Of a DNA stretch of 64,000 nt, positions 1-10,551 are shown piece after piece. The DNA is from Promethearchaeota archaeon (GTDB lineage Archaea; Asgardarchaeota; Lokiarchaeia; Sigyniarchaeales; SOKP01), in the NCBI GenBank assembly GCA_030603385.1, contig JAUVXW010000008.1, positions 73,248-137,247 of the forward strand, written 5' to 3'. The notes beneath the pieces are model-generated. The model ran no database searches. It saw nothing but the letters and a program-made list of their open reading frames with translations, and had not been told where the DNA came from. Each line of letters begins with the position of its first letter. Within the stretch, counting starts at the first letter, position 1. A program made the translations under genes and the position numbers.

Positions 1-1
1 G

Positions 2-163
2 GATAGTAGTATAAAAGATTTAAAATCTATGTTTGAAAATTGGGAAACATTTAAGCCCCACCATGAAGTTATTAAATCTAATACTATGGAGTTTTTTGAA
101 GATAGTAAAGATAGAAGCCCCCGATGGTTAGGATTTGGAATTGATTTTCATATGAATTTATAA
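2..163 (+). CDS. 3' end of an unknown protein (partial, runs off window start)
   Basis: Open frame DSSIKDLKSMFENWETFKPHHEV...GFGIDFHMNL ending at TAA 161-163. Confidence 0.5.
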   Translation, partial: DSSIKDLKSMFENWETFKPHHEVIKSNTMEFFEDSKDRSPRWLGFGIDFHMNL

Positions 164-676
164 GAACACTGTGATTCCTTTAAAATTCTATATAAGGTCT
201 CGATACTCATTTTAATTCAGAGATAGGAAAAATTAATCATTGTAAACCATCAACCTTCTCCCTCAAACCATATAATATATTTATGCCCAGAACTTTCTTT
301 AAATCTTTTTTTATTACATTTGCTAATTTTGTACTCACCTTTTCAACTTATTTTCTTACTTTTCTTACTTTCCTAATATATTTAAACTTAATTATAAAAA
401 TATAAGCAGACTTTTTATTCAACCATTATATTTATTTAAAACATATATTATATCAGTTATATTTTAAAATATATAATAGCTACAGCTTATTACAGCAAGA
501 ATATTACTCAAAAAAGAGAAAAAAATGAAAATTTTAGCAGTCCATAGAACTAATGGTAATACTAAATTTCTTAAAGTGTTTTTAAATCAAATTATGAGAG
601 GTCAAACAAAATCTTCTTAATTAAAGGATTTTTTTAGTATTGTAAATGATATATTTCTGGTGCATTTCATTATATA

Positions 677-1231
677 TTAAATAATAGGGCTGATAACATG
701 AGTACAATTTGGATGTTGGGGTATTGTTTTTGCATAACGATTATAATTTTCGTTTTCATATATATCAATAAGCTTATTGTATAAAGGCTTCACTTTATGT
801 TTTTTTCCTGCCATCTCCGTAGTACATAATGTATTATGATCTTCATACTGAGAATGTGGAATAAAGCAATCCTCTTCTCCAGAATCATTTAAAATCTCCA
901 TAACTGCTTGATTATAAAATCTGCTTAATTGGATTCGTACCAAGCGTTCTGCCCAATCTCGAGTAAATACTCTACTATTATCTGCATATTTTGATGTATT
1001 TCTAGGTATTTTATTTTGAACTTGATGGTATGCTGTATTTAAATCAGGAATTTCTCCCATTATCAATTTTTGAAGAATCTTAATAAATTCCTTTTTTCTA
1101 CTCTCCTCTTCGATTACTTTTCCTGCTGTTGGTCTAGTTTCGATTAATTTTATTATTTTATTCTTTAGTTTATGATTTTTTGATAAAACATGTAATATTT
1201 CATAAAAGTTATTGGCATATAGCTCACTCAA
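677..1231 (-). CDS. Hypothetical protein with C-terminal HPNC motif (MuF/phage minor head-like)
   Basis: 184-aa ORF, SD-like GGCGG upstream; ends IPQHPNCTH, resembling the MuF PPxHPNCRC motif. Confidence 0.6.
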   Translation of the reverse strand: MSELYANNFYEILHVLSKNHKLKNKIIKLIETRPTAGKVIEEESRKKEFIKILQKLIMGEIPDLNTAYHQVQNKIPRNTSKYADNSRVFTRDWAERLVRIQLSRFYNQAVMEILNDSGEEDCFIPHSQYEDHNTLCTTEMAGKKHKVKPLYNKLIDIYENENYNRYAKTIPQHPNCTHVISPII

Positions 1232-1925
1232 TTTAATTTACCGCCTACTATATTTTATTATTTTTTCATTTTTAAATTAATATTTTCTATAATACTATTT
1301 TGAGATACTTAAGGTTTGTAGGTGGTATGGAAATTTAAATATATGTTGTATTTGGATAATAGCCTACTATTAATGGGAATCCCGACCTTAGGATCCTGAA
1401 CTGCATGGTGATACCAGGTTTCGTATCGTCTTTATCCTGAAAAGATCGCTTTCCTCTCATATCACTTGAACTTATAATGTCGATCACATACAAAAATATA
1501 CACCTCATTTCATTAATATTAGAGATCTTTACATTATAGGTTTTTTTTTTCATATTTAATTAAAAATAATAAAATCTCAAGATCTAAAATAGTTTATAGT
1601 AGTATAAAGTATTTTCAGCTTATAATTATTTACAAAATTTAAGGGAAGTTTATAAAGAAAGAATTAAAGAAAAGATCTTTAAGTTATTTATAAAGGCAAA
1701 ATTGTACGATGCAAAAAATGAAAGTATATAAACACATAATCATATATAATTGAATAGATGTGGAATTAGCTAAATTTAAACATATAAAATTTATGTATAT
1801 AATCATTAGATTATTAAAAATAGGTTTTCTTGATAAAAATGCAAAATATTTGAATTTTTATAGGAGATTTTTTAAATTATATAAAAATTGATTAATATTC
1901 GTATATTTAAAACATTCTTAGACAA

Positions 1926-4442
1926 ATGAAAGATAAAAACATAGAAAAAGAAAACAGTTATCAAGAAGGAAAAGAAAGATATTCAAATGGAAAGGCATTT
2001 CAAAATGAATTGCATATTAATGGGTATTATAATTGTGATAATCAAGAATTAGACAATATGGATTTACAACATAATACCGATGAAATCCCTGTTTCCGGAG
2101 AAATATTTGATTATCTAAAATCTTGGGACAAAGAATTTAAAGACAATAATAAAAGCTATTGTGTTAAACAACAGGACAAATTAAATGAAAGTAATGATTA
2201 TTATGAGAAGGATGTCTATAAAACAAGCCAATCATCGGAAAATAGTGAACCAAATGTTTGTAATAAGTTGTTTAACACTGATTGTAAGGAAAATACTGAT
2301 AATATTGTAAAAGAATCATTTGTAGTCTCGCTAAGTCTAAGAGATAAATTGTTTGAAGATTTCTTAGTCCAGAAAGAAGATATCGAAAAATGTAAGTATA
2401 TCCCAAAATTTAGAGATTTCCAAAATATACCTAAATATGAAGGGCTTACCAAAAAATACTTTAGTCATGTTAGAAATGAATGGTTCAGGGAAATTCTGCA
2501 TAAGGATAGCTTTATAGAATACCGAAATGAAATAATGTTAAAAAATTTTTTTCAAAATGATAAAAAGTTATTTAATTTAATCCAGAGTAATCAATATCCT
2601 GAAGGTGTTCTAATTTATAATCTTATTAAACATTTAGATTTATCGTTTCCAAAATTAGAAAAAGCAATTTATGGAACTAATAACAATAATATAATAAGAG
2701 TATTACAAAATCTAGGTGTCTTTAAATGGGAAGGTTTAACCTCAAAAATTAAGAGTTTCATTTTATCAATAAAGGACATATCTTTAAAACAACAAGCTAT
2801 AAAAGAGTTCCAGAAATACTTAAAAACTAAAGTTTATAATGGGTTTAAACGAAATAATTTTCCAAGAATTGAAAAATTTACATTAAAAGATTATCCAGAA
2901 GGTTGGTTAATTTTGAAATTATGTGAAATCAGTTTAATTTCTGATACAAAATTAGGAAAATTGATTGATTATAGTGATTTACCTTATCACTTAACAGAAT
3001 TAAGACGTTTCAAAGGAAATAGAATTGAGAGCATAAAGAATTTTATCTCTAATATCGATGATAAAGAAAAAAAAGAGAAATCTTTTGTAATTCTATCGAA
3101 TTATATTAAGTTTATTGTATTTTCTCAACTTAATAGAGAGGGTGTAAAAGAAATCGATGAATTTTTGGATATTAATCCAAAAAAATGGTTAATATATAAT
3201 TTATGTGTTATTTATTTAATAGTAATTCGAGATTTTGGTAAAAAAATTGATTATAAAGATATTATAACATCTGTTCACACACGATATGACTTTTCAGATA
3301 TAATAATCAAAAGAATTCGCAACTTTATAAATAAAACAGATGATCTCCAGAAAAAAGAGATTGCGACGCAAGTTTTGAGTATATATTTGAAGAGAGCCAT
3401 TTATAATAAATTAAAACAAATTGATTTACCTAATTACAAAAAATTCAAAAGTAAGATGCACCCTGCACTATGGTTAATAGTTCAGATTTGTTCGATTTAT
3501 TTACTACATCCTTTTGAGTTAGAAAAGCTCATTAATTATAGTGAATTATCAAAACGCTTGAAAGTTATATCGTATTTTACTAATACCACAATAACTAAAC
3601 TTAGAAAGTTTATTAGGTATAGTGGGACATCGAAACAAAGACAAATAGCTAGAGATATAATAAATAGATTTCTTGAGGTTAGAAATGAAGAATTTCAAAG
3701 ATATACTGGACCAAAGGTTCAGAATTTAAAAATGATAAATAATTATTCTGAATTGGTCAATCATTTAGAATATGTATATAAATTAGGAACATTTCCTGAA
3801 GAAATTTTAGAAGGATATCATGAATATCCACGTATATCAAGATTTAACCAACAATTTAGATTTATTTCCATTGAAAAGAAGAGAGTTTTTATTAAAAAAA
3901 TGATTTCAGATGGATTAATCAAAAAAGTTGACAGCAACGATTCTAAAATTCATAATTCAGTTTATAACTTAATAGAATTATCAAAAAATAAGTATTATAA
4001 ACCTTCTGAGATTTATAATACACACAATAGCCCTGGTCATGAGTCTGTTTTAAATAAAATATTAGAGGAAGATTCTAATTCCGTATGTCTGGAAATTCCT
4101 ATTTGGATGTGGCATAAAGACCATTACTTGACAGGTCATATTGATTTAATCCTTGTCATGGATGATATCATATATATATGCGATTATAAACCGGAAGAGA
4201 CTCCAATTCCCGAAACTACTCGATTATCATATTCATTCATGAGATCTATTCCACAAGTGGCCTCATATGCATTAGTTTTAAAGAATTTATTTAACATTAC
4301 TGATATAATGTGCATTACATTCAATAAAAGTGGAGCTTGGATATATGAACCAAAAACAACTTTAACACACTTAAACAATTTTATTAAAAAAAATAAACAA
4401 TATAAAGCGAGTGATAGACCTTGGGAAAAGTATTTCCTATGA
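1926..4442 (+). CDS. Large protein with four internal repeats and a C-terminal PD-(D/E)xK (RecB/Cas4-like) nuclease domain
   Basis: EIPIW...GHIDLIL...ICDYKP...QVASYA motifs; repeats begin at aa 224, 323, 417, 512. Confidence 0.75.
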   Translation: MKDKNIEKENSYQEGKERYSNGKAFQNELHINGYYNCDNQELDNMDLQHNTDEIPVSGEIFDYLKSWDKEFKDNNKSYCVKQQDKLNESNDYYEKDVYKTSQSSENSEPNVCNKLFNTDCKENTDNIVKESFVVSLSLRDKLFEDFLVQKEDIEKCKYIPKFRDFQNIPKYEGLTKKYFSHVRNEWFREILHKDSFIEYRNEIMLKNFFQNDKKLFNLIQSNQYPEGVLIYNLIKHLDLSFPKLEKAIYGTNNNNIIRVLQNLGVFKWEGLTSKIKSFILSIKDISLKQQAIKEFQKYLKTKVYNGFKRNNFPRIEKFTLKDYPEGWLILKLCEISLISDTKLGKLIDYSDLPYHLTELRRFKGNRIESIKNFISNIDDKEKKEKSFVILSNYIKFIVFSQLNREGVKEIDEFLDINPKKWLIYNLCVIYLIVIRDFGKKIDYKDIITSVHTRYDFSDIIIKRIRNFINKTDDLQKKEIATQVLSIYLKRAIYNKLKQIDLPNYKKFKSKMHPALWLIVQICSIYLLHPFELEKLINYSELSKRLKVISYFTNTTITKLRKFIRYSGTSKQRQIARDIINRFLEVRNEEFQRYTGPKVQNLKMINNYSELVNHLEYVYKLGTFPEEILEGYHEYPRISRFNQQFRFISIEKKRVFIKKMISDGLIKKVDSNDSKIHNSVYNLIELSKNKYYKPSEIYNTHNSPGHESVLNKILEEDSNSVCLEIPIWMWHKDHYLTGHIDLILVMDDIIYICDYKPEETPIPETTRLSYSFMRSIPQVASYALVLKNLFNITDIMCITFNKSGAWIYEPKTTLTHLNNFIKKNKQYKASDRPWEKYFL

Positions 4443-4536
4443 TTATGAATTAAAATCTATTATTTTTTTAGAAAAAAATTAAAACAAGAAGAAAATTTAC
4501 TTATTTAGTTAATTATTACCTTAAAAGGGATAAATA

Positions 4537-5973
4537 ATGTCATTTATACAGCATAAAGAATTGAAATCATATTTTGGGATTATTTTAGGAAATAGAGACG
4601 TATTTCCAAATCATTTAGTAAAAGAAGGTAGAAAAGATATTATAGATGTAATGAATGAATTAGGATATCACTATGTTATTTTAGATGAGGAAGCCACACC
4701 ACTGGGGGCAGTTGAGACGTACTCAGATGCTAAGAAATGTGCAGAACTTTTCAAAAAGAATTCTGATAAAATTTTGGGGATAATTTTATGTCTTTGCAAT
4801 TTTGGTGACGAGAAAGCCGTAGCCAACACACTAAAACTTGCTGATCTCAATGTTCCTGTTTTAATTCAAGCATGTTCAGATGAGATTAGTAAGATGGATC
4901 GAGAACATCGAAGAGATGCGTTTTGTGGAAAAATTTCTGTTACAAGCGTATTATATCAACATGGAATTCCATTTACTCTAACAAAATATCACACTTGCGC
5001 AATAAAATCGGATTTTTTCAAAGATGATCTTCACCGATTTGAAAAAATATGCAAGATTGTGAGCAAGCTTAGGAATGCGAGGTTGGGTCAAATTGGCACA
5101 AGACCCAATGCATTTGAGACTGTTAGATATAGTGAAAAAATTTTGGAATTTAACGGGATAAGTGTAGAACCAATAGATCTATCAGAAATTTTTGGATTAA
5201 TTGAAAAATTAAAGGATAATGATCCAAAAGTAAAAGATAAGATTGACATTATAAAGAATTATACCTCTACATCTTCATTTCCAGAAGATGGTATTCTTAA
5301 ACTTGCAAAATTAGCTGTTGTTATTGAAAATTGGGTAAAAACAAATGACTTAGATGGATTTGCTTTTCAGTGCTGGCCTTCAATACAAGATAACTTTGGG
5401 ATCGTCCCATGTGCTGTCATGAGTATGTTTAGCGAAGGACTTATTCCAGCAGCGTGTGAAGTCGATATCTCGGGATTAATAAGTATGTTAATATTACAAA
5501 TTGCTTCTGAAACGCCCTCAGCAATTTTAGACTGGAATAATAATTATGGAGATGATCCTAATAAAATGGTTCTATTCCATTGCAGTAATTTACCAAAATC
5601 TTTTTTTCAAGATACGCGAATGACTATTCATCCCATAATTTCTGATCAAAAAGGTGGAGAGGTAAGTTTTGGAGCAATTCAAGGTCGTATTAAAACCAAA
5701 CCTTGTACATTATTAAGGATTGAAACAGATGACTTATATGGTGATATTAAAGCCATCATAGCAGAAGGAAAATATACTGAGGATTCTCTAAACACTTTTG
5801 GAGGATACGGAGTAGTTGAGATTCTTAATTTACAATTCTTATTGAAATCTCTATGTTTAGGAGGATTCGCTCATCATGTAGCATCAACTTTAAATGAAGT
5901 TGGTGATATTGTCTATGAAGCTATTTCAAAATATCTTAATTATAACGTAGAATTTCATAATAAGAATATTTAA
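4537..5973 (+). CDS. L-fucose/L-arabinose isomerase family protein
   Basis: RRDAFCGKIS, QCW, ACEVD, LDWNN, FHCSN and FAHH motifs of the FucI/AraA-like family. Confidence 0.8.
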   Translation: MSFIQHKELKSYFGIILGNRDVFPNHLVKEGRKDIIDVMNELGYHYVILDEEATPLGAVETYSDAKKCAELFKKNSDKILGIILCLCNFGDEKAVANTLKLADLNVPVLIQACSDEISKMDREHRRDAFCGKISVTSVLYQHGIPFTLTKYHTCAIKSDFFKDDLHRFEKICKIVSKLRNARLGQIGTRPNAFETVRYSEKILEFNGISVEPIDLSEIFGLIEKLKDNDPKVKDKIDIIKNYTSTSSFPEDGILKLAKLAVVIENWVKTNDLDGFAFQCWPSIQDNFGIVPCAVMSMFSEGLIPAACEVDISGLISMLILQIASETPSAILDWNNNYGDDPNKMVLFHCSNLPKSFFQDTRMTIHPIISDQKGGEVSFGAIQGRIKTKPCTLLRIETDDLYGDIKAIIAEGKYTEDSLNTFGGYGVVEILNLQFLLKSLCLGGFAHHVASTLNEVGDIVYEAISKYLNYNVEFHNKNI

Positions 5974-6115
5974 ATCTTTTTTATTTCATTTTTCTTTTAA
6001 GAAATTACTTGACTAATTTGTATGCCTGTATTCAGATTATATATTTATATAGAAGTATATCTAAATACTTTTAATAGAATTTCAGAATCAGTAGAAATTC
6101 CAAATCTTTAACAAA

Positions 6116-6664
6116 ATGATTACAATGAGTGAAGTTATAATAACTCAAAAATTAACCTCAAAGAAATATGTTTCTTCAATTTGTTGTCTAAGTTTCATAA
6201 TATTAGTATTCTACATAGGTTTAGGTGTATTCCCTAACGTCATTGAACCTGGTATAGTAGCCGCTCTTGCTTCAACTCTCTTTATTTTAATTCTTGGAGG
6301 GGTAAGTATATTTTTTTTATTTTATCTTTTATGGAGATATCGTGGTACTGGTAAAGTAAGAACATTTTCTATTTCAGATGAATTAATAAAAATAATGGTT
6401 CCCAAAAAGCATAATTTTCAAATAAATTGGTCTAATTTTGATACTATTCAAATGTATAAACATATTTCTAGATCACAACTTGCTAATTACAAGATCTATA
6501 AAATTAATTTCCTTTTAAATAATAATATAATTCAGGATGTTGATATTGAATTATCAGTAGATTTTAGCAAAGGAAAATGTAAACAGATTAGATCTTTATT
6601 AAATCAATATGCTGTAAGAATGAATAAAGAATATTTCTGGGGTAAAAGAAGAAAAAAAAAATGA
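6116..6664 (+). CDS. Two-TM membrane protein with basic C-terminal domain
   Basis: Two hydrophobic helices followed by a soluble domain. Confidence 0.65.
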   Translation: MITMSEVIITQKLTSKKYVSSICCLSFIILVFYIGLGVFPNVIEPGIVAALASTLFILILGGVSIFFLFYLLWRYRGTGKVRTFSISDELIKIMVPKKHNFQINWSNFDTIQMYKHISRSQLANYKIYKINFLLNNNIIQDVDIELSVDFSKGKCKQIRSLLNQYAVRMNKEYFWGKRRKKK

Positions 6665-6767
6665 TTCTTGAAGATATTTTATATGAAGTATTAGTAACTA
6701 ATTTAGGATGGAATGTTAGCGTACTTACAAAGTAAATTCAGGTTCTAATAAATACAAACCTAAAAAT

Positions 6768-7862
6768 TTATTTTTTTCTTTTTATTAAAAGATCCTTTTG
6801 GAAAAACCCTGAATCGATAAGTTTACTTCTCTCGTCATTCATATGAGTTAATAAATCAAATGGATAAAAAATTTGACTATCATTATGGTAATTTAAGACA
6901 CGTTTCCGAGTTAAATATATTGAATATTCAGAAATGTCGCATCCAATCCATCTTCTTTTTAACTTTTCTGCGGCTAAAAGAGTAGTGCCTGATCCACAAA
7001 AAAAGTCAGCAACTAAATCTCCCTCATTAGAACCAAGCTTTATTAATCTCTCAAGTAAAGAATGATGCTTTTGTGTGGGGAATCCTGTCCATTCTTTTGA
7101 AGCAGGTTGTAAACAAGGGATCTTCCAGACATCATCTAATTTTTTATCATTGACAATACGATATCGTACATGTCCATTCTCATCTTTTAAATTTTTCAAT
7201 ACACCATTAACATTAATCCTCATTAGCTGCTTCCTTGGTTTCTTACGAGGGAGTCTGATTTCATTAAAAGTGTAATTATCCGATTTGGAATATACCAAGA
7301 TGTTATCATGTGCGCGTGGTAAGTTTTTTTTCCCTGCAGAATATTTATTATAGTAATACCATATTATATTATTTACAAAATTATTTTCTCCAAAAACCTC
7401 ATCTAGTATCAATCTTATATAATGACTCGCATGCCAATCTAGGTGAATAAACAATAACCCTGTGTTTGATAATAATTTTCTAAACAAGGTTATCCTCTGG
7501 TAAAACATTTGTAAATATGAATCTAAATCCTTATTCCAGTGATCATAATAAGCAATTGAATCAAAAGTCTCGTTTTTTTCTGTAATTTCAATTTTATAAT
7601 TAACGCCAGAAAAAAAAGGGGGATCTACGTAAATTAAATCAATTTTATTTTCAAATTCATTTAACAAGTGGCATAAAACTTCTAAATTTTGTCCCCAGAA
7701 TAATTTGTTTTTCCAACCTTTATAGGATGATCTAACTGGAATTTCTTCATTATCTAAACATGCTTGAATCATAAAGGATTCAAAAAAATTGGAAAATTCT
7801 TTTTTTAGATTATCTAATTTTAAAGTAATATCTGCCTTATTCTTCCAAATTAAGTTAACCAT
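6768..7862 (-). CDS. Site-specific DNA methyltransferase (N6/N4, beta class, Mod-like)
   Basis: DLIYVDPPF precedes FPTQK and DFFCGSGTT; no res gene adjacent. Confidence 0.9.
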   Translation of the reverse strand: MVNLIWKNKADITLKLDNLKKEFSNFFESFMIQACLDNEEIPVRSSYKGWKNKLFWGQNLEVLCHLLNEFENKIDLIYVDPPFFSGVNYKIEITEKNETFDSIAYYDHWNKDLDSYLQMFYQRITLFRKLLSNTGLLFIHLDWHASHYIRLILDEVFGENNFVNNIIWYYYNKYSAGKKNLPRAHDNILVYSKSDNYTFNEIRLPRKKPRKQLMRINVNGVLKNLKDENGHVRYRIVNDKKLDDVWKIPCLQPASKEWTGFPTQKHHSLLERLIKLGSNEGDLVADFFCGSGTTLLAAEKLKRRWIGCDISEYSIYLTRKRVLNYHNDSQIFYPFDLLTHMNDERSKLIDSGFFQKDLLIKRKK

Positions 7863-7885
7863 TCTAATATAATAAAAAGAATTTT

Positions 7886-8620
7886 TTATGTGCTTTCTAC
7901 TTTCTCGATTAAATCATCAAACTCTTTATCTGATAGAAAACCCTTATGAGCCATTATACCCTTGATCTCTTCCATAAGTTGAGGTGCTCCTTTTGCTTCA
8001 GAAATGGTTTCTTCAAGGTATTCAATTTTTAGTTTAAGGGCGTTTATTTCCTTTGTTTGGGAATCTCGTTCATCTTTAAGGCTTTCGATTTCTACATATT
8101 TATCTGAAATAGTTGTCTGCAGTTCTTTTTTAAGATCTGCAATTTCATTTTCTCTTTGCTGTAATTCATCTTTAACACCTGTCTTTTCACTTTCTAAATT
8201 GTCTTTTGCTTCTTTTTTTTCTCTTTCTAAGGTTTCTGCCTTTAAAGAAGATTCTTTTAACTTATTTTCTAATTCTGTAATTTTAGAATTAGCTTCTGAC
8301 AAATTATCTTCTAATTCTGTTTTGGATGATTTAAATTTAGTAATCTCCGCATCTGCATAAAGCTTCTCTTCTCTTGCTCGTTCGAAATTTTTTTGTGTTT
8401 CCAAAAGACTCTGTGACTGTTCCTCTGCCTTTTTCGATACATCTGAGAATTTTTCTTTAGTTGATTTAAGATCAACTGAAGTCTTTTCTAGGTCTTTTGT
8501 TTTTTGAGCTAGTTGCTTTTCTAAATTATTAATTTTAGATCTTAGATCTAACAAGAACTTTCCCTCAACAGGTAATTTCTTATCAGGACGTGTTTCGGCC
8601 TTAGCCCAGTCGATTGATAT
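7886..8620 (-). CDS. Coiled-coil protein, paralogue of 8763-9488 (probable ATA start at 8620)
   Basis: The frame extends 22 codons upstream of the track start as ISIDWAKAETRPDKKLPVEGKF, matching the paralogue N-terminus; C-terminal KGFLSDKEF. Confidence 0.8.
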   Translation of the reverse strand: MSIDWAKAETRPDKKLPVEGKFLLDLRSKINNLEKQLAQKTKDLEKTSVDLKSTKEKFSDVSKKAEEQSQSLLETQKNFERAREEKLYADAEITKFKSSKTELEDNLSEANSKITELENKLKESSLKAETLEREKKEAKDNLESEKTGVKDELQQRENEIADLKKELQTTISDKYVEIESLKDERDSQTKEINALKLKIEYLEETISEAKGAPQLMEEIKGIMAHKGFLSDKEFDDLIEKVEST

Positions 8621-8762
8621 CTCACTTTCACCTTTAGATATATAAATTTTTTATTTTTATTTTACTGTATATTTATTTTCTTAAAATCTATTATATATAA
8701 ATTTTACATTAAAATATTTAATACACTAGGGTTTTCATAATTATTTTAATAACTGTACTTTA

Positions 8763-9488
8763 TTACTGCACAGTTGAGTAAATCTCTTCAAATTCCTTAT
8801 CTGAAAGAAAACCCTTAACATCTAATAACTCTTTAATTTTTTTTATTACGCTTAATATCTCTTCTGATTTTGCTATTTGTTCCTCAATAGATTCGACCCT
8901 TTTAATTTGATAAGAAATTTTTCCTTTTTCAACCTCTAAATTCTTTTTAAGGAACTCAATTTCTTTATCTCGTTGCCCTAATAGAGATTTTGAATTTTGT
9001 ATTTCTTTTTCCTTATCTAATAAATTTTTAGCTTTACTTAGCAAATCTTCTTCTTTAGTTTGGATTTCTTTTTCTTTTCGTAATATTCTTTGCTCTACTT
9101 CCTCAGATTTCTTCACAGCAAGTTTTAATTGACTTTCCAATGTCGTAATTTTTTTAGTAGATTCATTTAATTTTTCCTCTAAATCGGATTTTGCTGCCGT
9201 CAATTGCGTAACCTTAATGTCTGCATGAAGTTTCTCTTCATTAATTTTATCAAGTGATTTTCTAGCCGAAGACTTTTTTAGAGTAAGTTCAATCAAACTT
9301 TTCTCTCGTCCTGCTAATTTTCTTTTCGTAATTTCTAAATCTTCGGCAATTTTTTCTAATTCTTTAACAAGTTCATTTAACCTTTGTTCTAAATCCTTAT
9401 TTTTCGTTCTAAATTCTAATAAAATCTTACCCTCTACAGAGTGTTTCTTTTTGGGGTTTTCCTCTACTCTTACCCAGTCTATACCCAT
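8763..9488 (-). CDS. Coiled-coil protein with IDW...VEGK head and KGFLSDKEF tail
   Basis: Heptad-rich K/E/L composition; three blocks shared with the adjacent gene. Confidence 0.85.
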   Translation of the reverse strand: MGIDWVRVEENPKKKHSVEGKILLEFRTKNKDLEQRLNELVKELEKIAEDLEITKRKLAGREKSLIELTLKKSSARKSLDKINEEKLHADIKVTQLTAAKSDLEEKLNESTKKITTLESQLKLAVKKSEEVEQRILRKEKEIQTKEEDLLSKAKNLLDKEKEIQNSKSLLGQRDKEIEFLKKNLEVEKGKISYQIKRVESIEEQIAKSEEILSVIKKIKELLDVKGFLSDKEFEEIYSTVQ

Positions 9489-9657
9489 ATTAATCCACTA
9501 ATTTTGTTAATAAGAAGTTCAATATTTATTATTTTATTATTTTAAAATTTACTTCTTTATTAAATCTTTAAAATTAAATTAATTTTTCATAAAAAATAAT
9601 TATTTTAGTGAAAAATCATTGATTATATAAGATTAAATAAGGATAGATATATTTTTC

Positions 9658-10460
9658 ATGGTTAAAATTGAAATTGGAACTGCAGGATGGGATATAAAGA
9701 CTGGGTTGGTCCTTTTTATCCAAAACAGTTAGAGAGAAGCCATCATTTGGAATATTTTTCTAAATACTTTGATGTTGTGGAGATTAATTCTACTTTTTAT
9801 AATCTCCCCTCTATAGATATGGTTAGAAATTGGAAATTACGTGTTCCTGCAAATTTTTGTTTTATTGTTAAAGTGTGGCAAAAAATTACTCATAATCTTG
9901 ATGATCCTGATTTAGATTCACACATTGTAAAGTTCTTTTCTACAATAGAACATCTAAATGGTAAAATTAAGGCGTTTCTATTACAATTCCCACCTTGGTT
10001 TAAATACACCGAAAACCATTTTGAAAAATTAAAATCATTACTAAATGAACTTCCTTTAGAATATAAGTATATTATTGAATTAAGAGATAATTCTTGGTTT
10101 AATCCTGAAATTCTAGCTAAGTTAATTGATAGGGAAAAAAGAATACTTGGAACAACATATATGCCTGGAGTTATAGCCTATTATATGGAAAATCAAAAAT
10201 TTTATTATATTAGGCTAATTGGAGATAGAAAACTCACTATTTTTAATCGAATTCAAAGAGATCAAAAGGATGCTCTAATTGACCTCTATAAGAACGTTCA
10301 AAATTTGATGAACATACCTGAGATATCTGAAATATTTATTATTGTGAATAATCATTTCCAAGGTTCGGCTCCTGAAAGTGTAACTAATTTAAGAAAGAAA
10401 TTTGGAATATCTTATAACAGTTTTAATAAGCAAAGAAGCTTGTCAGAATATTTAAAATGA
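9658..10460 (+). pseudogene. DUF72 (YecE-like) gene with a 1-nt frameshift near 9693 (pseudogene or sequence error)
   Basis: ATG 9658 gives MVKIEIGTAGW; YKDWVGPFYP...VEINSTFY...LLQFPP continues in another frame. Confidence 0.75.
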
Positions 10461-10551
10461 AATCTTTTAATGATAATGCATTCGCTTTTGGATTTTTAAA
10501 TCGCTCTTTTGAATAAGAAAGTTTAAATATATTGAGTTTAACTAATTTTTT

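Noticed and set aside
1335-1553. 72-aa ORF and a stop-interrupted alternative frame in a slightly GC-richer patch
   Set aside because: No recognisable motif in either frame; it may be a decayed gene, but this cannot be supported.
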